A stretch of DNA of 62,635 nucleotides from an uncultured virus (IMG/VR IMGVR_UViG_3300024255_000007) (Duplodnaviria > Heunggongvirae > Uroviricota > Caudoviricetes): the IMG/VR virus record IMGVR_UViG_3300024255_000007. One strand, written 5' to 3'. The notes beneath the pieces were generated by a model. The model had not been told where the DNA came from, did no database searches, and saw only the letters and a list, made by a program, of their open reading frames with translations. The position numbers and the translations under genes were made by a program. Shown here piece by piece: positions 11,514 through 20,823 of this stretch; the first letter of the stretch is position 1, and each line of letters starts with the position of its first letter.

Positions 11514-14500
11514 TATTGTGGTCCTGTACTATCGTAATCATTTGCTGGAGGTGCGCTTGATTCTTGTTGTGTATTAGTTTGTGTATTAGTTTGTGTATTA
11601 GTTTGCATATTTGCTATTAAAGAACGTATTTTATCTCCAGTTCTAAAATCGTATCTGTTGTCTTGTGGAACTAACGGTAAGTAGGGTCTTAAATCATTAC
11701 CTGATACCTGATTAGTATTACTTACATTATTTGCTACCGGTGCTGCTGGGTTAGTGGTTACTGGAGCAGTTCCGCTTGTTCTTTGTGCTCTAGCATCATC
11801 TGTGCTATCTACTGTATTAGCAGGAGGTGGAGTATTTGTTTGACCTTTACCTCTTGGATCATTAGCATCCGGATTATCAGGCGGAGCTGTTGACTCAGCA
11901 TTTGTTCTTTGTGCTCTAGCCTCATCTGTAGTATCTACGTTTACATTAGAAGGTTGAAATCTAGGTATTGTACCGTCTTTAGGATAATCAAAAGTTCCTT
12001 GTTCATTAGGACCAGCACTAAAATGCATAGCATCAGTTGAACTAGCCCAGTTTCCTCCCCATCCAAGACCGTGTTTTGCTGCTAGTGCTACCATAGCTGA
12101 TCCTGTTCCGTCTAATGGCATATCTGTCCAATCGTCTGTAACTCGCCCTTCTTTACGTACTTGCTTAAAAGGATTTTCTGCAGGATTAATGTCAATTGCT
12201 AGTCCTGCATTATGCCAACTATAAGTAGTTCTACTGTATGTGCCGTCACCGTTATTAATTCCAGCTACGGCCGGGTTTCTATAGCCGCCCATAGATCTAA
12301 TGTCATACCCGTATTCACTTTCAAGTTCGTCTACTAATGCTTGGAAATTTGGAGCCATAACTTTTGCAACTAAGGCACGTTGTCCTGAAGCACTTCGAAT
12401 TTCAGTTAGATCAGTCGTGTCTCCTGCTCCACTTGGATTAGTTGGTGTTGGTGTGCCAGCTGATCCGCCGTTAGATGAATCTTGGCCAACTGTTTCTGGA
12501 CGAGGTTGTTCATTACCACTATTTAGAGATTGTGCATTTTGGTCTTCGCCTACTGCATCTGCTCCACTTGAAGGTATAATATTTGAATAGTCTTCTTGAT
12601 TTTTTCGTCTAATCAAACTTAGTGTTTGTACAAACATATTTTCACGTACAGATGAAACAACTTTTAATACTTTATACACACCACTAAATTGTCCAACTGA
12701 TTGTGTAGCTAACTCTCCTCCTGGAAAGATTGCATACCCATCTGGTCCATAATCTATAGGTGTTTTAAAATTTATTAAAATATCTACTTCTGATCTTTGA
12801 TAATCTAAAGAACCGTCAACTGTTAAACTAGTAGTCTGCCCACTGTTTGCTGCATTATAATTTCCTAATCCACTTGACGGAAGATAATAAGGATCGCCCC
12901 ATATTTCTAATTCAGCAACTATTAAATCAACATCACTATCTAACAATGCACGTTGGAATTGTTTAGCTAGTGCTGCTCCTCTATCTAAATTATAACTACC
13001 GCCGACATATGTTAATGCTGTATTTTGAGGTTGGACTACTGTTTCTGGTACTCCGTTGCCTCCTAATTTTATATTGTATGCCGGTATTCCATTTGCTGCA
13101 ACAATATTTTCTGTATTTCTTGTTTGTTCACCTGCACTAAGTTCACCAAAGTCACCTTGTATTGCTTCAAAGAACGCAGCATTAAATTTTATATCAAATC
13201 CTAAAACATCTTCATTTGCGCCACTGTATATATAATTGTATTCTTTAACAATTTGTTTTTTGCGCTCTTCTGCTGAGTGCGAAGTATTTGGAGCAGGAAA
13301 TACACTTGAATGTACTTCATAAGGAACAATATTAAATACAAAAATTCTAGCTGGTTTTCCTGTTTCTTGTTCAATTTGTTTATCAGGAATAATAAAACAT
13401 TGTGGTTCAATTTTATACCAACGGATCATTCCTTCTCTATCAGCATATTCTATTGCTTCTCGACCGAAAGAACTAATAGTAACTAGTTCTTCAATTATAG
13501 TTTGTATTGATGCTCCAGTATCAAACGTAAATGCAGGTGCGCCTCCTACATTTGATATTTCAACGCCGGCCCTATTATATACTCCAGCTTCGCTATCGTA
13601 AGTATAACGATCTAAACCAAATGGCGAATTTTGTTGAGTATTAGGGAATTTTAATAATGATGCACCTATCGAGCTTACATCGCTTACTGCTGTTGATTTT
13701 AAATTCTCAAATAGTGCGCTTCCGCTTGTGCCAGTGCCAACCGAATTAAAGAATCCAGTTAACTGACCGTCAACTACTTCTTGTAATTCTGCACCTAATC
13801 TAGTTCTAGCTTCTTCTAATTCAGACGTAGTTGCTTGATTAACTGCTGAACTTCCAATATTAGAACTTTGTAATCCATTCTGACTAGTACGCTTTGTTGG
13901 AAATCTAATCATATAATAATCAGTTGCTGATATATTTTTTGCAGAAGCTACTTTTTCTAACGCAGAATTTATAATAGTTGTTAAACTTTGTTCACCTAAA
14001 GATAATGCTTCTAATAGTGTTGTACCGACTATTTGTGCAGGTGCCGGTAATGTTTGTATCTCGTCCATTAACGCTACTTCATTCCACGGAACTGCATGTA
14101 CCTCATAAACGCTGCCTGCTCTCTCTACATCAAAAGTTATTGACACTAAACTCATTGGTATTTTTCTATTTGCTTTTTCGACTAATTCTGCGTTGCCTTC
14201 GTCGTCCCAACCAATAAAGTCTATTTCAAGCATAAACGGCGCTTTTAGATAATTTGCAAATCCCGATTCTAATGCTGCTGCCTGTAGAGACTGTAGGAAT
14301 AATCCCATTGAATAAGGTTCGTGTACTTTAAAACTGAAAGGCATTGCTTGAGCCATACCTGAAGTTTTATTAGGAGCAATAAGTGCTTCAAGTTCAAAGT
14401 CATCAATAAAATATTCTAAGTTACCCGGTAAACCATTGCTTTGTCCTAATGCATCGTAAATAGTCATTACACGTTTATTGTCAATGCCGCCACCGCCGCT

Positions 14501-15157
14501 TCTTAGTATGCTTACATCAGCACCCCTAACTAGATATGTAGTATCTGGAAAATTAATACTATTTGCACTTATAGCACCAAACTGAAATATAGTATTAAAA
14601 CTTGCATACTTCCTTAGTTGGTTCGGCAAAAATTCGTCTTTGGAAATACCAGCAGGTTTTTGTTCTGATTTAGAAGTTGATCCAACTTCGGACCCAGGAG
14701 TTTTATTTACATATGGTATATCTAAATTAATTCCAGCTGCTGAAGCAATGGCGCCTAAGGAGCCTTGAGCCAGTGCATTTTCAATGCCGACGCCCAAATC
14801 AATAGCCTGATTTAATTGCCCTGTTAGAGATGCAATATCTTTATCAAGACTGTCTACTCTGTCTAGTAAACTTGCACCAAACCCTTGTGCAAAGGAATTT
14901 AGACCCGACGGAAATATTGAAGCTAAAGCTGGATCTATATTTGTTAAATTCTTTAGACTAGGAATGTCAATATCCCCTGCAATACCGTTTGCAATATTAC
15001 GCACTTGATTACTAGCATCTTTGATACCATTATCCATACCAATTTTAAGTTGTGCAAGAGATCCTGACGAAAGTAAGTTTGTAGCAGTGTCAGTAACTCC
15101 GTTAGCTTTTGCTAATAAATCCGTTTTTGCTTCTTGTATTATTTTAGGGTTTATCAT
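11513..15157 (-). CDS. Baseplate hub protein (gp27/VgrG-N-like) with C-terminal M15-type peptidoglycan peptidase
   Basis: 1214 aa. Hub-like 'EI.GDPYYL...SGVYKVLKV.S....F.QTL.LIR', then a Zn-peptidase M15 motif set 'R...SWHNAGLAIDINP...GLGWGGNW...DAMHFS'. Confidence 0.7.
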   Translation of the reverse strand: MINPKIIQEAKTDLLAKANGVTDTATNLLSSGSLAQLKIGMDNGIKDASNQVRNIANGIAGDIDIPSLKNLTNIDPALASIFPSGLNSFAQGFGASLLDRVDSLDKDIASLTGQLNQAIDLGVGIENALAQGSLGAIASAAGINLDIPYVNKTPGSEVGSTSKSEQKPAGISKDEFLPNQLRKYASFNTIFQFGAISANSINFPDTTYLVRGADVSILRSGGGGIDNKRVMTIYDALGQSNGLPGNLEYFIDDFELEALIAPNKTSGMAQAMPFSFKVHEPYSMGLFLQSLQAAALESGFANYLKAPFMLEIDFIGWDDEGNAELVEKANRKIPMSLVSITFDVERAGSVYEVHAVPWNEVALMDEIQTLPAPAQIVGTTLLEALSLGEQSLTTIINSALEKVASAKNISATDYYMIRFPTKRTSQNGLQSSNIGSSAVNQATTSELEEARTRLGAELQEVVDGQLTGFFNSVGTGTSGSALFENLKSTAVSDVSSIGASLLKFPNTQQNSPFGLDRYTYDSEAGVYNRAGVEISNVGGAPAFTFDTGASIQTIIEELVTISSFGREAIEYADREGMIRWYKIEPQCFIIPDKQIEQETGKPARIFVFNIVPYEVHSSVFPAPNTSHSAEERKKQIVKEYNYIYSGANEDVLGFDIKFNAAFFEAIQGDFGELSAGEQTRNTENIVAANGIPAYNIKLGGNGVPETVVQPQNTALTYVGGSYNLDRGAALAKQFQRALLDSDVDLIVAELEIWGDPYYLPSSGLGNYNAANSGQTTSLTVDGSLDYQRSEVDILINFKTPIDYGPDGYAIFPGGELATQSVGQFSGVYKVLKVVSSVRENMFVQTLSLIRRKNQEDYSNIIPSSGADAVGEDQNAQSLNSGNEQPRPETVGQDSSNGGSAGTPTPTNPSGAGDTTDLTEIRSASGQRALVAKVMAPNFQALVDELESEYGYDIRSMGGYRNPAVAGINNGDGTYSRTTYSWHNAGLAIDINPAENPFKQVRKEGRVTDDWTDMPLDGTGSAMVALAAKHGLGWGGNWASSTDAMHFSAGPNEQGTFDYPKDGTIPRFQPSNVNVDTTDEARAQRTNAESTAPPDNPDANDPRGKGQTNTPPPANTVDSTDDARAQRTSGTAPVTTNPAAPVANNVSNTNQVSGNDLRPYLPLVPQDNRYDFRTGDKIRSLIANMQTNTQTNTQTNTQQESSAPPANDYDSTGPQ
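11567..11605. repeat. 12-bp tandem repeat x3 (TTGTGTATTAGT), encoding QTNT repeats
   Basis: Seen directly; in frame in the low-complexity tail of the hub protein. Confidence 0.9.
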
Positions 15158-15457
15158 TTATATTCCTAATGAGTTCTTTAATAAAGACTTTTTCGGTACA
15201 TATATTGTTGTTCCTGCTATCATATCGTAAATAGGATCTTTTATAACATCCATATTTCTTTGGGCAAACACCCACCATAACTTTACAGTACCATACAAAT
15301 CATATGCAAGTAGGTCTGGCCTGTGTGTATACTGAGGTTCTATAGTATATTGTGAATCGTCTGCCCTTGCAGGGATTGGACGAATTCTAAGAATATCTAA
15401 TGCACCTAACTGAGTGTATCCTGTTGTACTCCACGGACTAGTTTTTGGGTATTCCAT
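15158..15457 (-). CDS. Baseplate wedge gp53-like / LysM-like small protein
   Basis: 99 aa with 'RPDLLAYDLYGTVKLWWVFAQRN...I.DPI', the gp53/tail-X pattern. Confidence 0.8.
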   Translation of the reverse strand: MEYPKTSPWSTTGYTQLGALDILRIRPIPARADDSQYTIEPQYTHRPDLLAYDLYGTVKLWWVFAQRNMDVIKDPIYDMIAGTTIYVPKKSLLKNSLGI

Positions 15458-16362
15458 TATATAAATCCTCTTCCATCTAGTACATAATTTCCGCTAACAA
15501 ATCCATTTAAATCAAATTGACTAACTTGTCTTCTACTGTAAGTTGGCTTACAAGTTACAGTTATTTGACTCATAGTAGGTACCCATGTTGTTCCGCTACT
15601 ATTGTATGTAGTTGGGATACCCATGTCATTCATTCCTTCACTCTTTGCATTTAATGAAACAGCAATGTAATCTACTTCTACCGGTAAATCGACTGTAAAG
15701 TTAGATATTACAACTGGAATGTTTTTAAAGATATAATCTCCATATCCGTTTAATCTAACTACAGGAGGCGGTGCGCCGTCAGTACCGTAATTCATTTTAG
15801 TAACACTTCTTAGATAATGCATGCATGCAACCCAGTAGCGTCCATCTATATCATTTTCAACTGGAAATTCACCAGTTATTGTCATATCATCGGTGCTACT
15901 ATTTTCGTATACTTGGAAAGGATAGTTTGTATGCACTGGTTGTAAACTATTATAATTTGCACTGTGTGAAATAATTACACTAGGAGTAAGTGGAAATGTC
16001 ATGCTGTTTTGTGTATTTCCAAGTGGTGCTAATAAATCGCTGCCGCTCATTGTCGAAGGAACACTTAACCTAACTCGCCAGTCTGCTTCTGTACTGCTAC
16101 TAAACTCTGCAGATGCAGCTCGTTTTTCTGGACTGTCTTCGCTTGGTAAATTTTGACCTCTAAGTTTTTTTGCAAAATTAAATGGTTCAAATACTGCACC
16201 TACTGAATCAGTTATATCGTTTACAAAATTTGTTACTAAACTAGATCCAAAGTTGCCAGCTGATCCTAAGAATTTTTGTACTGTAGATTCTGCTTCATCC
16301 TTCAACGCACCTTCAGCTTTTGAAACAGCTTGGTCTAGTAAATTTTTTGGATTAAATGCCAT
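15457..16362 (-). CDS. Tail tube initiator / baseplate protein (gp48/gp54-like)
   Basis: 301 aa; 'FPLTP...Y......HTNY...PPPVVRLNGYG...F.N.PVVI' tube-like fold pattern; first gene of the baseplate operon. Confidence 0.6.
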   Translation of the reverse strand: MAFNPKNLLDQAVSKAEGALKDEAESTVQKFLGSAGNFGSSLVTNFVNDITDSVGAVFEPFNFAKKLRGQNLPSEDSPEKRAASAEFSSSTEADWRVRLSVPSTMSGSDLLAPLGNTQNSMTFPLTPSVIISHSANYNSLQPVHTNYPFQVYENSSTDDMTITGEFPVENDIDGRYWVACMHYLRSVTKMNYGTDGAPPPVVRLNGYGDYIFKNIPVVISNFTVDLPVEVDYIAVSLNAKSEGMNDMGIPTTYNSSGTTWVPTMSQITVTCKPTYSRRQVSQFDLNGFVSGNYVLDGRGFI

Positions 16363-16381
16363 ATTAGTTATCTCCTATACA

Positions 16382-16389
16382 CTATTTAG
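16382..16389 (-). promoter_or_regulatory. Late promoter box (CTAAATA) for the baseplate operon
   Basis: TAAATA at 16388-16383, followed by an AGGAGA SD and ATG at 16362. Confidence 0.65.
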
Positions 16390-16418
16390 TTGACAAAATT
16401 AAGTACGTGTATTATAAT
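16390..16418 (+). promoter_or_regulatory. Consensus sigma70 promoter
   Basis: TTGACA (16390-16395), 17 bp, TATAAT (16413-16418); upstream of the late sigma gene. Confidence 0.9.
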
Positions 16419-16441
16419 AAATATAACAATAGGAGACTACC

Positions 16442-17290
16442 TTGAGAAAAAGAAATTATCTAAACAACAAAGATATTTTATTAGAAATACACAGATCTAA
16501 GAATACTTTTAATAGCTATCTAGACAAAGACTTCAACCAGTTTGACATTATTTTACCTAGTGTTGATAAAATTAATAGACTTACTGTTACTGAAGCAAAA
16601 CGTAATAAAGCAAAGCGTTTAAGTACCGAAGCATACGAAACAAGACGTATGGCTGGCGAGAAAGTTAAACAAGCACAGTGTGAAGTTCCTTATACAGATA
16701 TTACAAAAGAAGAACTAATCTTTCGTGTTATGACATTTGATCATATACCTGAAGAGCCTGGACGTAAAAAGAATCCAAAAACAGTTGCAGATACAAAGAC
16801 TAAACTTAATTTTCCACCATTTCAGCATTACAAATATAATGACGAAGGTGAATTAGAGCTAGTAGGCAAAAGTCATTGGGTTGGTGGCATGGAAAATGGA
16901 CACTTTAGTAAAGGTCACGGATGTGCTACAAATAAACTAGCAATGATGTGGATGAAACTAGTCGATCGGTATGCTACAAGAGGCAATGTACGTGGATACA
17001 CTTACAATGATGAAATGAAAGGTCAAGCAATCTTGCAGTTATCACAGATTGGTTTACAATTTGACGAATCTAAGTCGAATAACCCATTTGCGTATTACAC
17101 GGCAGCAGTTACTAACAGTTTTGTACGTGTTATTAATATAGAAAAGCGTAATCAAAACATTAGAGACGACATTTTAGAGATGAACGATATGAGCCCAAGT
17201 TATACTAGACAGATGCAAGGCGAATGGGAAGCTGAAGTTAGAAGAAACGAAGAAGCTGCATTTTCATCATTTAAAGAAAAAAATACTTGA
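16442..17290 (+). CDS. gp55: Late-transcription sigma factor, T4 gp55-like
   Basis: 'YLNNKDIL..I', 'RGYTYNDEM...AILQL...QFDESKSNNPFAYYT....NSFVRVINIEKRNQ' match gp55. TTG start with AGGAGA SD. Directly upstream of gp47/gp46, as in T4-like phages. Confidence 0.9.
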   Translation: MRKRNYLNNKDILLEIHRSKNTFNSYLDKDFNQFDIILPSVDKINRLTVTEAKRNKAKRLSTEAYETRRMAGEKVKQAQCEVPYTDITKEELIFRVMTFDHIPEEPGRKKNPKTVADTKTKLNFPPFQHYKYNDEGELELVGKSHWVGGMENGHFSKGHGCATNKLAMMWMKLVDRYATRGNVRGYTYNDEMKGQAILQLSQIGLQFDESKSNNPFAYYTAAVTNSFVRVINIEKRNQNIRDDILEMNDMSPSYTRQMQGEWEAEVRRNEEAAFSSFKEKNT

Positions 17291-17315
17291 CAGGTGTAAA
17301 TTTAGACTGTATAAT
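17287..17315 (+). promoter_or_regulatory. Consensus sigma70 promoter
   Basis: TTGACA (17287-17292), 17 bp, TATAAT (17310-17315). Confidence 0.9.
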
Positions 17316-17343
17316 TAAACATATTAAATATGGAGTCTAAATT

Positions 17344-18357
17344 TTGTTTAAAAAAGCAGCAGTATTTACAGATATTCACTTTGGATTAAAAAGTAATAGT
17401 CGTGTACACAACGACGATTGCGAAGAATTCGTTGACTGGTTTATCGAACAGGCACAAGCTAACGGTTGCGAAACTGGTATCTTCTGCGGTGATTGGCATC
17501 ACAATAGAAACAGTCTAAACTTAACTACAATGGACGCTACTATACGTAGTTTAGAAAAACTAGGTTCTGCATTTGAACAGTTTTTCTTCTTTGACGGTAA
17601 TCACGATTTGTACTATAAAGACAAGCGTGATATCAATTCAACAGCATTTAGCAAGTATATTCCTGGAATAACATTTGTTGACGAAATTACAACTATAGAT
17701 GATGTAACATTAGTGCCGTGGTTAGTTGGAGACGAATGGAAACAAGTAAGTAAAATTAAGAGCAAATATATATTTGGTCATTTTGAATTACCTAGTTTCT
17801 ATATGAATGCTCTTGTAAAGATGCCTGACCATGGTGACCTTAGAGCAGAACACTTTAAACATCAAGAATATGTGTTTAGTGGACATTTCCACAAAAGACA
17901 AAAACAAGGTGCAATACATTACATCGGTAATGCATTTCCGCACAACTATGCAGACACATGGGACGACGATCGAGGCATGATGATACTTGATCGAGAAAAC
18001 AACAAAGAGCCTGAATATTTAAATTGGCCTAATTGTCCCAAGTATCGTACAGTTAAGTTAAGCCAACTCTTAGATAACACAGATACATTAATTAAAAGTA
18101 AGATGTACCTTCGAGTTGAACTTGATTTACCTGTGAGTTACGAAGAGTCAAGTTTTATCAAAGAAGAGTTTATTAATCGATATAACTGTCGTGAAATAAC
18201 ACTAATACCACAAAAGCAAGTTGAAGAAATATCAACTAATTTAGATATTTCTAGTTTTGTGAGTGTTGACCAAATTGTTGCAGGTGAAATATCAGAACTT
18301 GATACTGACAACTATAATAAAAAAATGTTACTAGATATCTATGATGGATTAGAATGA
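17344..18357 (+). CDS. gp47: Recombination endonuclease subunit, gp47 (Mre11/SbcD-like)
   Basis: Metallophosphoesterase motifs DIHFG, GDWHH, GNHD, GHFE, SGHFH. Confidence 0.93.
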   Translation: MFKKAAVFTDIHFGLKSNSRVHNDDCEEFVDWFIEQAQANGCETGIFCGDWHHNRNSLNLTTMDATIRSLEKLGSAFEQFFFFDGNHDLYYKDKRDINSTAFSKYIPGITFVDEITTIDDVTLVPWLVGDEWKQVSKIKSKYIFGHFELPSFYMNALVKMPDHGDLRAEHFKHQEYVFSGHFHKRQKQGAIHYIGNAFPHNYADTWDDDRGMMILDRENNKEPEYLNWPNCPKYRTVKLSQLLDNTDTLIKSKMYLRVELDLPVSYEESSFIKEEFINRYNCREITLIPQKQVEEISTNLDISSFVSVDQIVAGEISELDTDNYNKKMLLDIYDGLE

Positions 18358-20126
18358 TAAAAATTAAAGACCTTACAGTTAAAAACTTCATGAGTGTTGG
18401 TAATCAAACTCAGGCAGTAGACTTTAACAAAGAACAACTAACATTAGTACTTGGTGAAAATTTAGACCAAGGTGGTGATGACAGCGGATCAAGAAACGGC
18501 ACTGGTAAAACAACTATTATCAATGCACTTTCCTATGCACTTTACGGTCAAGCACTTACTAACATCAAGCGTAATAATCTTATTAATAAGACTAATTCAA
18601 AAGGTATGTTAGTTACACTGCATTTCGAAAAAGCTGGGACCGACTATAGAATTGAACGTGGGCGATCTCCTAATGTATTAAAGTTTTTTGTAGACGATCA
18701 AGAACAAGAAATGATTGACGAGTCGCAAGGCGATAGTCGTAAGACTCAAGAGTCTATCAACGAGCTACTTGGTATGAGTCACGATATGTTTAAGCATGTT
18801 GTAGCACTTAACACTTACACAGAGCCGTTCTTATCAATGCGAGCAAATGATCAACGTGCTATTATTGAGCAGTTGCTAGGTATAACAATATTAACTGAAA
18901 AAGCAGATGCATTAAAAGATCAAGTAAAACTTACTAAAGATGCTATTACACAAGAAACTCTTAAGATTGATGCAATACAAACTGCTAATAGTAAAATTGA
19001 AACAACCATTAAAAGTTTGCAAAGTAATCAAAAGGCATGGCTTTCTAAACGCACTACAGACATTATAAAATTACAAGAAGCAATTGACGAATTAGAACAT
19101 TTAGATATTGAATCTGAATTAGGTCTTCATGAAAAACTGTCAAATTGGACCGAACATAATAATGCTATTTTGGCTCTTAAAAAAGAATTAAGCACATTAG
19201 AGCCAGCACTAGTACGTGCAGACAGGAGTGTTGAAAAAGCACAAAAAGACATCGCAGATTTAGATGATGCAACGTGTTATACATGTGGTCAAGAATTACA
19301 TGCAGATAAAAAAGCAGAGATTGCAGAACGTAAATCTAAAGAACTTGAAGATGCTTTATTGTATCAAAAAGAAGTAAGTAGTAAACTTGTTGATGTTACA
19401 AAAGCACTAGAAGACATTGGTGACATTAACGGCAAGCCTACTACATTTTATGAGACTGCAAAAGAAGCATACGAACATAGACAAAACGTTGATAGTTTAA
19501 AACAAACATGGAAATCTAAAAAAGAAGAACAAGATCCTTATCAATCACAAATTGACGAGTTAAATCATAGTGCTATTCAAGTAATAACTTGGGATAGTGT
19601 AAATGAACTTACAAACTTTAAGGACCACCAAGAATTTTTATTAAAATTGCTAACAAACAAAGATAGTTTTATTCGTAAGAAAATTATTGATCAAAACTTA
19701 GCATACCTAAACAACAGACTTACATACTATCTTGACAAACTAGGTTTGCCGCATCAAGTTACATTTCAAAATGATTTAAATGTTGAAATTACACAACTAG
19801 GGCAAGACTTAGACTTTGACAACTTGTCACGTGGCGAGCGTAACAGACTTATATTAGGCATGAGTTTTGCATTCCGTGATGTTTGGGAAAGTCTATATCA
19901 AGGCGTTAACTTATTGTTTATTGACGAACTTATAGACAGCGGCATGGACACAGCAGGTGTTGAAAATGCACTAAGTGTCCTTAAGAAAATGGCTAGAGAA
20001 CGTGATAAGAATATCTACTTAATATCTCATAAAGATGAATTAATTGGTAGAGTTAATAATGTAATGAAAGTTGTTAAAGAAAATGGCTTTACTAGTTACG
20101 AAAATGATATTGATATTATAGAATGA
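18354..20126 (+). CDS. gp46: Recombination ATPase subunit, gp46 (Rad50/SbcC-like)
   Basis: Walker A NGTGKTT, coiled coil with CYTC zinc hook, signature LSRGE, Walker B LLFIDE, ISH. Confidence 0.95.
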   Translation: MIKIKDLTVKNFMSVGNQTQAVDFNKEQLTLVLGENLDQGGDDSGSRNGTGKTTIINALSYALYGQALTNIKRNNLINKTNSKGMLVTLHFEKAGTDYRIERGRSPNVLKFFVDDQEQEMIDESQGDSRKTQESINELLGMSHDMFKHVVALNTYTEPFLSMRANDQRAIIEQLLGITILTEKADALKDQVKLTKDAITQETLKIDAIQTANSKIETTIKSLQSNQKAWLSKRTTDIIKLQEAIDELEHLDIESELGLHEKLSNWTEHNNAILALKKELSTLEPALVRADRSVEKAQKDIADLDDATCYTCGQELHADKKAEIAERKSKELEDALLYQKEVSSKLVDVTKALEDIGDINGKPTTFYETAKEAYEHRQNVDSLKQTWKSKKEEQDPYQSQIDELNHSAIQVITWDSVNELTNFKDHQEFLLKLLTNKDSFIRKKIIDQNLAYLNNRLTYYLDKLGLPHQVTFQNDLNVEITQLGQDLDFDNLSRGERNRLILGMSFAFRDVWESLYQGVNLLFIDELIDSGMDTAGVENALSVLKKMARERDKNIYLISHKDELIGRVNNVMKVVKENGFTSYENDIDIIE

Positions 20127-20329
20127 ACGATGTACACGACAAACTTGTAAAAGCATACTTAGAGTATTTCAAAGCTAACGAAAAATTTGAATTACGAAAC
20201 TCTGTGCGAACACATAGAGAAGTTAGAAGATGGTTACGCACCATTAGATCTTTATCGTATGATAGAATGGAAGAGATACACGTAAAGCATAATACCAAAA
20301 AAGAGGCAAATAAAAAAGGCACACAATAA
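20123..20329 (+). CDS. Small hypothetical protein
   Basis: 68 aa, ATGA overlap with the gp46 stop, fills the gap to the next gene. Confidence 0.7.
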   Translation: MNDVHDKLVKAYLEYFKANEKFELRNSVRTHREVRRWLRTIRSLSYDRMEEIHVKHNTKKEANKKGTQ

Positions 20330-20337
20330 GTACATTC

Positions 20338-20784
20338 ATGCAGTGGACTTATAAAGGTAAAATAATTGACGAAATACCAGATGAGTACGAAGGCTTTGTT
20401 TATCTTATTACTAACACCACTACAGGCCAAAAATATATAGGTAAAAAACTAGCAAAATTTAAAACTACTAAGCCACCGCTCAAAGGCAGAAAAAATAAAC
20501 GACGAGGCTACAAAGAAAGCGATTGGAGAACTTACTACGGTAGTTCAGATAGACTAAACGCAGATGTAGCAACACTAGGCGAAGACAAGTTTACAAGAGA
20601 AATATTATACCTATGTAAAGGTAGGGGCGAAATGTCCTACATAGAGGCAAGAGAACAATTTGATAGGCGAGTACTTGAAACAGATGATTACTATAATGGT
20701 ATCATTAATGTTAGAGTAGGCGGATCAGACAAACTCAAACAGGCATTGCTAGAACATCACATGCAGGCAAAAAAACCAACTTAA
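20338..20784 (+). CDS. Small stand-alone GIY-YIG family endonuclease
   Basis: 'GFVYLITNTTTGQKYIGKK...W..YYGS...F.REIL...E...YYN' is the GIY-YIG core. At 148 aa it has no obvious extra DNA-binding domain. Confidence 0.8.
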   Translation: MQWTYKGKIIDEIPDEYEGFVYLITNTTTGQKYIGKKLAKFKTTKPPLKGRKNKRRGYKESDWRTYYGSSDRLNADVATLGEDKFTREILYLCKGRGEMSYIEAREQFDRRVLETDDYYNGIINVRVGGSDKLKQALLEHHMQAKKPT

Positions 20785-20788
20785 TCGG

Positions 20789-20817
20789 TTGACAGTTATA
20801 TGTAGATCAACTATACT
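20789..20817 (+). promoter_or_regulatory. sigma70 promoter upstream of a non-coding tract
   Basis: TTGACA (20789-20794), 17 bp, TATACT (20812-20817). Confidence 0.8.
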
Positions 20818-20823
20818 TGTTTA

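Noticed and set aside
1356..15230. Many short plus-strand ORFs over the baseplate operon
   Set aside because: Antisense shadows of long minus-strand genes with recognisable products.
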